64,000 bases of DNA, taken from Chloroflexota bacterium (GTDB taxonomy: Bacteria > Chloroflexota > Limnocylindria > Limnocylindrales > Limnocylindraceae). Both the position numbers and the translations under genes were made by a program. The stretch spans positions 3,265 through 67,264 of the forward strand of contig QWQR01000001.1 of the NCBI GenBank assembly GCA_003670745.1. The letters run 5' to 3'. Shown here piece by piece: positions 38,950-49,237 of the stretch (the first letter of the stretch is position 1; the number at the start of each line of letters is the position of its first letter). Under the pieces are notes generated by a model. That model saw nothing but the letters and a program-made list of their open reading frames with translations. It searched no databases and was not told where the DNA came from.

Positions 38950-39300
38950 AAGCCCGGCGAGATGGCCTGTAAGCCGGGTTCTGTCCCCCTTGCGGGGGGA
39001 CGGCCATCCATCTCGGCCGTCGATTGCTCGACGACTCCAGCGGTCAACCCGGAGATCCCAGCGGTGCGCTGGTCCCCGCCGCAAGCGGCGGAGGCATCTC
39101 CCTATTCGACCTTGCTCCAGGCAGAGTTTGCCGCGTTTCACCCCACCGCTGGCCGAAGCCTGCGGTGGACTCGTCTCTGTGGCACTAGTCCGCGCCTCAC
39201 GGCGGACGGGCGTTACCCGCTGCCTTGCACCTTGGAGCCCGGACTTTCCTCGACGACGCCCGAGGGCGCCGACGCGGCCGTCCGGCCATCTCGCCGGATC
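38950..39300 (-). ncRNA. rnpB: RNase P RNA, bacterial type A
   Basis: The minus strand contains GAGGAAAGTCCGGGCTCCAAGG, AGTGCCACAGAGA, GGTGAAACGCGGCAAAC, GGAGCAAGGTCGAATAGG, GAGCAATCGACGGCCGAGATGGATGGCCGTC and ACAGAACCCGGCTTACAGG. P1 pairs CCGGCGAGATGGCC (39284..39297) with GGCCATCTCGCCGG (38954..38967). Ends are accurate to about 5 nt. Confidence 0.93.
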
Positions 39301-39306
39301 GGGAGT

Positions 39307-40653
39307 CTAGCGCGACGGAACCGCTACGACGAGCCCATCGAATGCCGCGAAGACGTTGGCGGGGAGGCGACCTGCAAGCTCCTCGTAATCCAGGTCGTGG
39401 TCGAGGTGGGTCAGGACGGCTCGGGCGGGGGCGAGCGCCGCGATGAGCTCGAGCGCCTCGTCGACCGTCTGATGGGTCGGGTGCGGCAGGTCGCGCAGCG
39501 CCGAGACGACGAGCAGGTCGAGCCCCTGGAGGCGCGCCCGCGAAGCGGCGGTGACCGAGGCGACATCGGTGAGGTAGGCGAACGCGCCACTGCGCCAGCC
39601 GTGCGCCTCGCGCTTGCCGTGCACGATCGGGATCGCCTCAAAGGGACGCCCGGCGATCTGCAGGGTCGGCTCGGCAACCTCGATACGGAGTGCGGGGATG
39701 CCATGCCCCGGGGCGGTACGCCCGTCCACCGCGTACTCCCAGCGTTGGCGCAACTCCGCTGCGGTCCCTGGGCCTGCGCCGAGGAGGAGCACCTCGTCTT
39801 GTGCGTCGGTGTAGGCGCGCAGCTCGTCGATGCCGCCCGTGTGATCCACATGAATGTGGGTGACGAGCGCGCCGTCGAGTCGATCAACGCCGAAGCGGAG
39901 CGCCTGGTCCCGAAGATCCATTCCAGGGTCAATCACGATCGCGCGCGCTGCCCCCGAGGCCGCGTCACTCCACTCCACGAGCGCCGCCGACCTGGTGCGG
40001 TGGTTGCGCAGGTCGCGCGAGAGGCAGACGGCGCAGCGACAGCCGACGCGTGGGACGCCGCGACTTGCACCACAACCCATGAAGGTGACGCGCGTCGCAG
40101 CGCGTGCCGATGCGCTCTCATGCAGGAGCGCCGCGCTATCCGCGGCTGCAGCACTCTTCGTTCCGCTCGACACTGCAGGTTCCGGCCGACGCGTGACCCA
40201 GGCTGGCCCACCGATGAGCGCTCGGTCGAGCGCCTCGTTCGCCAACGCATCGGCCCGCCCGTTCTGCTCGCGCGGAACATGGCGCGCACTCCACTGCGAG
40301 AAGCGCACGAGCAGTGCGTGTGCCTCGTCACGGTACGGCGCCAACTTTGCGTCGCGTACCTTCCAGCGCGCAGAGATCTGCTCGACGACGAGCTTGGAAT
40401 CAAGGAGGAGGAGCACCTCACTTGCGCCAAGCTCTACGGCGAGCTCAAGGCCAGAGACGACCGCCTTCCACTCGGCAACGTTGTTCGTGGTGGTGCCGAT
40501 CGCCGCAGAGATCGTCGCGATCGGAGTTGCATCGTGGCGCTCTGCACCATCGGCTGTGGCGTCGTAGAGCGCGACGCCGATCGACGCAGGACCAGGGTTG
40601 CCGCGGCATGCGCCGTCGGCGCGGAGGATGAGGGAGCGGAGCGCCTCAGTTAT
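39307..40653 (-). CDS. Bifunctional fusion: RNase HI domain + PhnP/tRNase-Z-like metallo-beta-lactamase (MBL) phosphodiesterase domain
   Basis: The track ORF (39307..40416) starts inside the RNase H fold. Hand translation upstream in frame gives ...LILRADGACRGNPGPASIGVALYDATADGAERHDATPIATISAAIGTTTNNVAEWKAVVSGLELAVELGASEVLLLLDSKLVVEQI...HVPREQNGRADALANE, with the DEDD residues intact. The MBL part has TFMGCGASRGVPRVGCRCAVC and THIHVDHTGG. There is no ATG/GTG/TTG between the in-frame TGA (inside sdhB) and the catalytic Asp. I placed the 5' end at the ATA overlapping the sdhB TAA. Confidence 0.8.
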   Translation of the reverse strand: MTEALRSLILRADGACRGNPGPASIGVALYDATADGAERHDATPIATISAAIGTTTNNVAEWKAVVSGLELAVELGASEVLLLLDSKLVVEQISARWKVRDAKLAPYRDEAHALLVRFSQWSARHVPREQNGRADALANEALDRALIGGPAWVTRRPEPAVSSGTKSAAAADSAALLHESASARAATRVTFMGCGASRGVPRVGCRCAVCLSRDLRNHRTRSAALVEWSDAASGAARAIVIDPGMDLRDQALRFGVDRLDGALVTHIHVDHTGGIDELRAYTDAQDEVLLLGAGPGTAAELRQRWEYAVDGRTAPGHGIPALRIEVAEPTLQIAGRPFEAIPIVHGKREAHGWRSGAFAYLTDVASVTAASRARLQGLDLLVVSALRDLPHPTHQTVDEALELIAALAPARAVLTHLDHDLDYEELAGRLPANVFAAFDGLVVAVPSR

Positions 40654-41348
40654 CGGCGCGAACCGATCGCCGAGGAGACCTCAAGGATCGCCTTCGTGAT
40701 GTTGATCCCGCGCGGACAGGCATCTACGCAGTTGAAGGTGGTGCGACAGCGCCATACGCCGTCTTCGTCGGCGAGGATCTCAAGCCGATCGTCGGCCGCC
40801 TCGTCGCGCGAGTCAAAGATAAAACGGTGCGCGTTCACAATCGCCGCTGGGCCCACATAGTCGGGTTGCGCCCAGAACGATGGGCACGAGCTCGTGCAGG
40901 CGGCGCAGAGGATGCACTTCGTCGTGTCGTCGTAACGATCGCGCTGCTCCTGGGTCTGATGGCGCTCCCCCTCGCCCGCCGGCTCTTCGGCGACAAGGAA
41001 CGGCAGTACCGAACGGTACTTGCCGAAGAAGGCATCCATGTCGACGACCAGATCCTTAATGACGGGGAGTCCGGGGAGCGGCGCGACGCTGATGCTCTTG
41101 CCGAGCTGCTCAACCCGCACCTTGCAGGCGAGGCGGTTGCGTCCATTGATCATGAGGGCGTCGGATCCACAGACGCCGTGCGCACAGGAGCGGCGGAAGG
41201 TGATGCTCCCGTCGAATAACTCCTTCGCGCGGGTGAGCACGTCAAGGACGCGGTCCATCGGCTCCACCGGCACGGTGTAGTTGACCCAGTGCGGCGCGGC
41301 ATCGCGCTCAGGGTCGAAGCGCTGGATCTTTAGTTCGACGCTGCTCAC
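40650..41348 (-). CDS. sdhB: Succinate dehydrogenase iron-sulfur subunit
   Basis: Cys clusters CAHGVCGSDA, CILCAACTSSCP and CRTTFNCVDACP. The GTG at 41348 follows GGGGGA. The track TTG at 41405 would overlap sdhA. Confidence 0.93.
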   Translation of the reverse strand: MSSVELKIQRFDPERDAAPHWVNYTVPVEPMDRVLDVLTRAKELFDGSITFRRSCAHGVCGSDALMINGRNRLACKVRVEQLGKSISVAPLPGLPVIKDLVVDMDAFFGKYRSVLPFLVAEEPAGEGERHQTQEQRDRYDDTTKCILCAACTSSCPSFWAQPDYVGPAAIVNAHRFIFDSRDEAADDRLEILADEDGVWRCRTTFNCVDACPRGINITKAILEVSSAIGSRR

Positions 41349-41379
41349 TGGATGTCCCCCATCAGCTGGATGCCCTTCA

Positions 41380-43161
41380 TTAGTAGATCCGCGGCTTCGG
41401 CTCAAAGATGGTGATCGTTACCGGCTTGTAGGCGATCCGCTCCGCCGGCGCGCCGTCGCTGCCGCGCCAGACCATCGTGTGGGCGAGGAACTTGGCGTCG
41501 TCGCGGTCGGGGTAGTCCTCGCGGCTGTGTGCGCCGCGCGACTCCTTGCGAGCGAGCGCTGAGACGGCGGTCGCTTCGGCGGTGTCCAGCAGGTAGCCGA
41601 GCTCGCGGGCTTCGAGGAGGTCAGTGTTGAAGACGCTCCCCGTGTCCTCCACGCGGACTCGGGCGTACTCCCCCTTGAGGCGGGCGATCTCGCGCACGGC
41701 CGCCGAGAGGAGCGCCTCGTCGCGATAGACGCCGACGTTATCCATCATGAGCGCGGCGAGGTCGCGTCGAATCTCTGCCGGGCGCACCCCCTCGGGGCGG
41801 CTCGCCATCGCCGCCATCTCATCGGCGACCGCAGTCTCTGCACCGGGGCGAGCGGCGGGGAGCTGGGTCGACTTGCAGATCGCTGCCATGCGCTTCCCGG
41901 CGCGCTTGCCGAAGACGAGGAGGTCAACGAGCGAGTTCGTGCCGAGGCGATTGGCTCCGTGAACGCTGACGCAGGCGACCTCGCCAGCGGCGAAGAGTCC
42001 AGGCACGACGCTGCCGTCGGGGCCGGCGATCACCTCGGTGTTGAGGTTCGTCGGTACGCCGCCCATGGCGTAGTGGGCGGTCGGCTGAATCGGCACCGGC
42101 TCGCTGATCGGCTCAACCCCCTGGTAGACGCGCGCAAAGTCGGTGATGTCGGGGAGCTTCTCCTCGATCACCTTGCGCCCAAGGTGGCGCACGTCGAGGT
42201 AGACGTAGTCCTTCCCGTCGATGCCGCGACCGGCGCGCACCTCTTGGTAGATCGCACGCGAGACCATGTCGCGCGGCGCAAGCTCCATCAGCTTCGGCGC
42301 GTAGCTCTCCATGAAGCGCTTCCCTTCGTTATTGAGCAGGTAGCCACCCTCACCGCGCGCCGCCTCTGAGAGGAGGATCCCGATGCCGACGATCCCCGTG
42401 GGGTGGAACTGGTAGAACTCCATATCCATCAACGGCACGCCGTGGCGCCAGGCAAGCGCCATTCCGTCACCGGTGAGCGAGTGTGCGTTTGAGGTGACGC
42501 GCCAAGCGCGCCCATACCCGCCCGTTGCAAGGAGCACCGTCTTCGCGCGGAAGACGTGGAGCGAACCGTCGGAGATCTTGTAGCCGACCACGCCGCTGCA
42601 GCGACCACCCTTGTCGGCCTCGCCGCCTTCGAAGACCAGGTCAACGACGTGATACTCGTCGTAAAACTTGACGCCCGCCTTGATGCACTGCTGGTAGAGC
42701 GTCTGCAAGATCATGTGACCGGTGCGATCTGCTGCGTAGCAGCTGCGACGCACCGGGCCCTCGCCGTAGTTGCGGGTGTGGCCACCGAAGCGACGCTGGT
42801 CAATCTTTCCGTCGGGGGTGCGGTTGAACGGAAGGCCCATGCGCTCGAGTTCGATCACCGCCGGGATCGCCTCGCGGGCGAGCACCTCGGCTGCATCCTG
42901 ATCGGTGAGGTAGTCGCCGCCCTTCACCGTGTCGAACATGTGCCACTCCCAGTGATCCTCTTCGACGTTGCCGAGCGCTGCGCAGACGCCGCCTTGCGCC
43001 GCGCCGGTGTGGGAGCGCGTCGGGTAGAGCTTCGTCAGCACCGCGGTGGGGATCCCTTCGCGCGCCAACTCCAGTGCGGCCCAGAGCCCAGCACCGCCGG
43101 CGCCGACTACAACGGCGTCGATGTCGGTTCTGCTCGCGTTCGCTCGGAGGGCGCCGCTCAT
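41380..43161 (-). CDS. sdhA: Succinate dehydrogenase flavoprotein subunit
   Basis: 593 aa with VVVGAGGAGL and the covalent-FAD His motif TRSHTGAAQGG. Confidence 0.96.
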   Translation of the reverse strand: MSGALRANASRTDIDAVVVGAGGAGLWAALELAREGIPTAVLTKLYPTRSHTGAAQGGVCAALGNVEEDHWEWHMFDTVKGGDYLTDQDAAEVLAREAIPAVIELERMGLPFNRTPDGKIDQRRFGGHTRNYGEGPVRRSCYAADRTGHMILQTLYQQCIKAGVKFYDEYHVVDLVFEGGEADKGGRCSGVVGYKISDGSLHVFRAKTVLLATGGYGRAWRVTSNAHSLTGDGMALAWRHGVPLMDMEFYQFHPTGIVGIGILLSEAARGEGGYLLNNEGKRFMESYAPKLMELAPRDMVSRAIYQEVRAGRGIDGKDYVYLDVRHLGRKVIEEKLPDITDFARVYQGVEPISEPVPIQPTAHYAMGGVPTNLNTEVIAGPDGSVVPGLFAAGEVACVSVHGANRLGTNSLVDLLVFGKRAGKRMAAICKSTQLPAARPGAETAVADEMAAMASRPEGVRPAEIRRDLAALMMDNVGVYRDEALLSAAVREIARLKGEYARVRVEDTGSVFNTDLLEARELGYLLDTAEATAVSALARKESRGAHSREDYPDRDDAKFLAHTMVWRGSDGAPAERIAYKPVTITIFEPKPRIY

Positions 43162-43167
43162 GTCGCC

Positions 43168-43554
43168 CTATCCGATCTTGAGGGTGAGCACCACTTGGGT
43201 GCCGAGGACGAAGAGGGCGAGGGCGAGGGCGTAGAGGATCCCCAACGCAACCCGACGAAGGCGCGACGGCACGTAATCCTGCAGCACCGTGCGCATGCCG
43301 AGGAACCCGTGCACGAGGACCGCCATCAGCATCCCCCAGTCGAGGGCGCGAAGGGTGACGGAGCTCCAGCGCATCTGTCGCACCCACTCAGCGCTCTGAT
43401 CCGCAGGGTCGTACACAAAATGCGTCATCGCGAAATGCGCGAGCGCGAGAACGAAGAGGGCGAGCGAGCTGATGCGCACCGCGTACCAAACGTAGAGATC
43501 GACGCGCGAACCGACCGGCCGGGGTCGTCCAGAGCGCGAGTAGCGCCCGCTCAT
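43168..43554 (-). CDS. sdhD: Succinate dehydrogenase hydrophobic membrane anchor subunit
   Basis: 128 aa, 3 TM helices, positioned between sdhC and sdhA. Confidence 0.8.
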   Translation of the reverse strand: MSGRYSRSGRPRPVGSRVDLYVWYAVRISSLALFVLALAHFAMTHFVYDPADQSAEWVRQMRWSSVTLRALDWGMLMAVLVHGFLGMRTVLQDYVPSRLRRVALGILYALALALFVLGTQVVLTLKIG

Positions 43555-43964
43555 CGTGCGACCTCCCAGATTGGCTTCAAGATGATGTACGCGCCAGGGA
43601 GGCCGATGGCGAAGAAGGTGATCCAGACGATGCGCCAGAGGGCGCGGTGATAAGCGGTGAGCGCGGGCCAGAAGTCCATCACCACAATGCGCATGCCATT
43701 CAGCGCGTGATAGAAGAGCGCCGCGCCGAGGAGGGTCTCCATGAGACGCCCTGGTGGGCTGGAGTAGATCGCGCCGAGGAAGTCGTAGGCCTCTGGGTTC
43801 GCACCAATGAGCCAGATGTCAAAGACGTGAAGGATGATGAATGCCCAGACCCCGATGCCGGAGGCGCGGTGAAAGGCCCAGGCGACCATCCCCTCGCCAC
43901 CGCGGTAGGTGAGGTAGCGCCCGATGCCGGCTGGTGCGGCGCCTCGATCGCTGCCTCGCGCCAC
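43551..43964 (-). CDS. sdhC: Succinate dehydrogenase cytochrome b subunit
   Basis: 137 aa, 3 TM helices with conserved His (FHRASG, YHALNG). The GTG start follows GGGAGGTGGAGGG. Confidence 0.82.
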   Translation of the reverse strand: MARGSDRGAAPAGIGRYLTYRGGEGMVAWAFHRASGIGVWAFIILHVFDIWLIGANPEAYDFLGAIYSSPPGRLMETLLGAALFYHALNGMRIVVMDFWPALTAYHRALWRIVWITFFAIGLPGAYIILKPIWEVAR

Positions 43965-44136
43965 CCCTCCACCTCCCGAGCGTCTTGTGTCGCCGCGGCG
44001 AGCGCCGCTGACCTACCGCCATCGTAACCGCGACGCTTCTTCGCTGCACGCGTACACTCCCCAGCAACGGCGCCGCTCGGCGCCACCTGGCACCGTCGTC
44101 GACGGGGCCAGCGCAGGGGCTCGGGGAGGCGGCGAC

Positions 44137-45309
44137 GTGAAGATCCACGAGGCAGAGGCGCGCGAGCTGCTCAGCCGCTTCGGACTTCCCGTACCCGACG
44201 GCGCAACCGCAACCACCCCCGCCGCGGCGCGCGCAGCCGCCGAGCGCCTCTTCGCCGCCGGCGCAACGCAGGTCGTCATCAAGGCGCAGGTGCTCGTCGG
44301 CGGTCGCGGCAAGGCGGGCGGCGTGAAGCTCGCCGCCAGCGCCGCTGAGGCTGAGAGCGTTGCGGCGGCGATCTTGGCCCTTACGATCAAGGATCTCCCT
44401 GTACGACGCGTCCTTATTGCGCCCGCCGCTGAGATCACGCGCGAGATCTACCTTTCGGCGCTGATCGACCGCGCAAGCCGCGGCATCTTAGTGATGGCCT
44501 CTGCAGCCGGCGGCATGGAGATTGAAGAGGTCGCCGCAAAGGACCCAACGGCGATCGTCCGCGAGATGGCGCATCCGCAGGCTGGGCTCCTCCCCTTCCA
44601 GGCGCGCCGTCTCGGCCTGCACATCGGCCTGCGCGGCGAGCTGTTGAGGCAGTTTGCTGCAATCGCCACAGGGCTTGTGCGCATCGCGCGCGAGGCCGAC
44701 GCCGACCTCGTTGAGGTGAACCCTCTTGCCGTCGTGCCTGCGCCGGAGATCCCCGGCGGCGAGCGACTCGTCTGCCTTGACGCCAAGGTGACGCTCGACG
44801 ACTCCGCACTTGATCGCCATCCGGACTTTTCCGCCTGGCGCGACGAGGAGAGCGAGGACCCGATCGACCGCGAGGCGCGCGAGATGGGGATCTCGTACAT
44901 CCGCCTCGACGGCAGCATCGGCTGCATGGTCAACGGTGCTGGGCTCGCCATGACGACGCTCGACCTGGTCACGCGCGCAGGGGGCACCCCAGCGAACTTC
45001 CTCGACATCGGTGGTGGCGCGCGCGCCGACAAGGTCGCCGCCGCGATGCGCATCATCCTCGCCGATGCAGGGGTGAAGGCGATCCTCGTCAACATCTTCG
45101 GCGGGATCACCCGCGGCGACGAGGTTGCGAAGGGGCTGATCGAGGCGCGTGCGCAGCAGGAGCGCGTCGTGCCGATGGTCGTTCGCATCGTTGGCACCAA
45201 CGCGACCGAGGCGGCGACGCTCCTGAAGGCGGCGGCGTTTGAGACGGCGACGAGCCTCGATGAGGCGGCAGAGAAGGCGGTGGCACTCGCCGCAGGAGGA
45301 GCCAAGTGA
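44137..45309 (+). CDS. sucC: Succinyl-CoA synthetase beta subunit
   Basis: The GTG at 44137 follows GGGGAGG, giving [20 protein letters not shown]... (ATP-grasp). The track start at 43924 overlaps sdhC antisense. Confidence 0.94.
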   Translation: MKIHEAEARELLSRFGLPVPDGATATTPAAARAAAERLFAAGATQVVIKAQVLVGGRGKAGGVKLAASAAEAESVAAAILALTIKDLPVRRVLIAPAAEITREIYLSALIDRASRGILVMASAAGGMEIEEVAAKDPTAIVREMAHPQAGLLPFQARRLGLHIGLRGELLRQFAAIATGLVRIAREADADLVEVNPLAVVPAPEIPGGERLVCLDAKVTLDDSALDRHPDFSAWRDEESEDPIDREAREMGISYIRLDGSIGCMVNGAGLAMTTLDLVTRAGGTPANFLDIGGGARADKVAAAMRIILADAGVKAILVNIFGGITRGDEVAKGLIEARAQQERVVPMVVRIVGTNATEAATLLKAAAFETATSLDEAAEKAVALAAGGAK

Positions 45310-46205
45310 GCATTCTCGTCGGACCAGAGACGCGACTGGTCGTTCAGGGACTGACCGGACGCGAGGGCGGCTTTCATGCCGCGCAGATGGTCGCCTACGG
45401 AACGAAGATCGTCGCCGGCGTGACGCCGGGTCGCGGCGGTGAGCGCGCGCTCGACGAGAGCGTGCCGGTCTACGACACCGTGAGTGACGCCGTGCGCGAG
45501 ACCGGCGCAAACACCAGCTGCATCTTCGTCCCCGCCGCCGGCGCCGCCGACGCGATCGCCGAGGCGGCAGAGGCTGGCGTGAAGACGATCTTCTGCATCA
45601 CCGAGGGGATCCCGGTGCACGACATGGTCCGCGCGCTCGCCTCGGTACGCGAGTACGGCGCGCGACTCATCGGGCCGAACTGCCCAGGGGCGACGAGCCC
45701 CGGCGCGAACGGCCGCGGCACGAAGGTCGGCATCATCCCCGCCTCGATCCACCTCCCCGGCGATGTCGGCGTGGTGAGCCGCTCAGGCACGCTCACCTAC
45801 GAAGCGGTGCAATCGATGACCGACGCCGGCATCGGCCAGTCGACCTGCCTCGGCATCGGTGGCGATCCGATCATTGGCACCACCTTCCGCGACGCGCTCG
45901 AACTCTTCGCGACCGATACGGCGACGCGCGCGATCGTACTCATCGGCGAGATCGGCGGCGCCGCCGAAGAGGAGGCTGCAGCATGGGCCGCCGCGAACCT
46001 TTCGCACCTACCGCGTGTCGCCTTCATCGCCGGTCGCGCAGCGCCTGAGGGGCGCCGCATGGGTCACGCTGGAGCAATCGTCTCTGGCGCCTCAGGGCGC
46101 GCGATCGACAAGATCGCAGCGCTCGAGGCCGCAGGGTTCAAGGTGGCGGGCTCGCCGACCGAGCTGCCGCGCCTCCTGATCGAAGCGGGCTACTCGCCGC
46201 GCTGA
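45306..46205 (+). CDS. sucD: Succinyl-CoA synthetase alpha subunit
   Basis: 299 aa with SRSGTLTYE and the phospho-His motif MGHAGAI. Confidence 0.96.
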   Translation: MSILVGPETRLVVQGLTGREGGFHAAQMVAYGTKIVAGVTPGRGGERALDESVPVYDTVSDAVRETGANTSCIFVPAAGAADAIAEAAEAGVKTIFCITEGIPVHDMVRALASVREYGARLIGPNCPGATSPGANGRGTKVGIIPASIHLPGDVGVVSRSGTLTYEAVQSMTDAGIGQSTCLGIGGDPIIGTTFRDALELFATDTATRAIVLIGEIGGAAEEEAAAWAAANLSHLPRVAFIAGRAAPEGRRMGHAGAIVSGASGRAIDKIAALEAAGFKVAGSPTELPRLLIEAGYSPR

Positions 46206-46666
46206 GTCTCGACGAGGCCGAGCCGGCTCCACGCCGGACCACCCGGAGCCTCAATTAACTCCACGAGGACCCCGCTGCAACTCTTCGGATGCAGGAAGGC
46301 GACCGGCCCTTCGACTCCGGGCACAGCGGCGTCGTTGATCAGCTGCACCCCCGCCGCGGCGAGTCGCGCGAGCTCCGCGCCGATATCGGCCACCTCGAGG
46401 CAGATGTGATGGAACCCCTCGCCGCGTGAGGCAAGGTAGCGCGCGACGCCGCTCGTCTCGGTCGTCGGCGCAACGATCTCAATCTTCGACTCCCCCGCCG
46501 TCAAAAAGGCGATGCGCACCTCTTGCGAAGGGACGTCGGCGATCTGCTCCAACGGCAGCCCGAGGACCTCGCGGTGAAAGCGCACCGCTGCGTCGAGATC
46601 GTGCACGACGGTCGCAACGTGGTGCAGCCGTCCGTGCACCGGAAGCTTTCCGCTGCGCTCGTTCAT
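46190..46666 (-). CDS. mce: Methylmalonyl-CoA epimerase (VOC/glyoxalase fold)
   Basis: The ATG at 46666 gives [25 protein letters not shown]...FHHICLEV. The 3' end is convergent with and overlaps sucD by 16 nt. Confidence 0.85.
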   Translation of the reverse strand: MNERSGKLPVHGRLHHVATVVHDLDAAVRFHREVLGLPLEQIADVPSQEVRIAFLTAGESKIEIVAPTTETSGVARYLASRGEGFHHICLEVADIGAELARLAAAGVQLINDAAVPGVEGPVAFLHPKSCSGVLVELIEAPGGPAWSRLGLVETQRGE

Positions 46667-46679
46667 CGCTTCTGCCCCC

Positions 46680-48281
<1,602 letters not shown>

Positions 48282-48463
48282 CACCCCTCCTGCCGCCGAC
48301 CGGCCACCCGTCGCCTCGCACCGGACCTGGCGGGGGGGAAGCCCCACCACGCGGAGCGGAGCGCCCCACGCGCGGCGATTCTCCCACACCGCCTCTGGGC
48401 GCTACGATGCGCGCAGCCTCCGTCCCGCGCGTCGCGCGGCTCGGCGGAGCCTGCGGAGGGTCC

Positions 48464-49237
48464 ATGGGACGGGTGATCGCGGTCGCGAACCAGAAGGGCG
48501 GGGTCGGCAAGACCACCACGGTGGTGAACCTCGCTGGAGCCCTCGCGGAGCGTGGCCTGCGGGTCCTCACCGTCGACATGGACGCCCAGGCGAACCTCAC
48601 CGCTGGACTCGGCCTCAACCTCGCCGATGTGACCCGTTCGACCGCCGACGTCCTCATCGCGGAGCAGCGCTCGCTCTCCCCGATCATCGTCAAGACCGAC
48701 TTCGCTGGGATCGACGTGGCCCCCGCCACCCTCGACCTCGCCTCAGCAGAGGTGGAGCTCTTCAACGCCATGGGGCGCGAGTACGCGCTGCGCGAGGCGC
48801 TCGACGACGGGAGTCGTGACGCGTACGACTACATTCTGATTGACTGTCCGCCGACGCTCGGCCTTCTCACGATCAACGGCCTCGTCGCCGCAGACTCTGT
48901 GATCATCCCGGTGCAGGCGCAGTACTACGCGCTGAAGGGGCTCAAGAACCTCATCAACGTGGTGCGCACGATCCGCTCCAAGTTGAACCGCGACCTCTCC
49001 ATCCTTGGACTCCTCCCAACCTTCGTCGACCAGCGCACCGTTCTCGGCAAGGAGATGCTCGCCGAGATGCGCGGCTACGAAGAGGCGCCAGTCTTCAACA
49101 CCATCATCACCTCAACGATCCGCCTCGGTGAGGCACCGATCACGGGGAAGCCGATCACCTCATACGCCCCGACCTCGGACGCCGCAGAGATGTATCGCGA
49201 ACTCGCAACGGAGGTGGTCGCCCGTGCCCAAGCCTGA
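48464..49237 (+). CDS. parA: ParA/Soj-type partition ATPase
   Basis: The ATG at 48464 follows GCGGAGGG. It carries the deviant Walker A box ANQKGGVGKTTT. Confidence 0.92.
   Translation: MGRVIAVANQKGGVGKTTTVVNLAGALAERGLRVLTVDMDAQANLTAGLGLNLADVTRSTADVLIAEQRSLSPIIVKTDFAGIDVAPATLDLASAEVELFNAMGREYALREALDDGSRDAYDYILIDCPPTLGLLTINGLVAADSVIIPVQAQYYALKGLKNLINVVRTIRSKLNRDLSILGLLPTFVDQRTVLGKEMLAEMRGYEEAPVFNTIITSTIRLGEAPITGKPITSYAPTSDAAEMYRELATEVVARAQA

Noticed and set aside
38962-40860. 632-aa + strand ORF spanning the rnpB / RNase H-MBL / sdhB region
   Set aside because: It crosses a non-coding RNA gene and two opposite-strand CDSs, and has no domain-like sequence. It is an artefact of stop-codon scarcity.
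48425-48439. CCGCGCG-t-CGCGCGG palindrome about 25 nt upstream of parA. Also CCCCAC-containing direct repeats at 48342, 48364 and 48383.
   Set aside because: Seven-bp GC-only inverted repeats are expected many times by chance in 64 kb of roughly 70% GC DNA. The CCCAC repeats are irregularly spaced (22 and 18 nt). There is no support beyond their occurrence.
48282-48463. Looked for a cobalamin riboswitch upstream of methylmalonyl-CoA mutase
   Set aside because: I could not find a B12-box (GCCACTG-like) or the surrounding conserved cores on the minus strand. A cmsearch with RF00174 would settle it.
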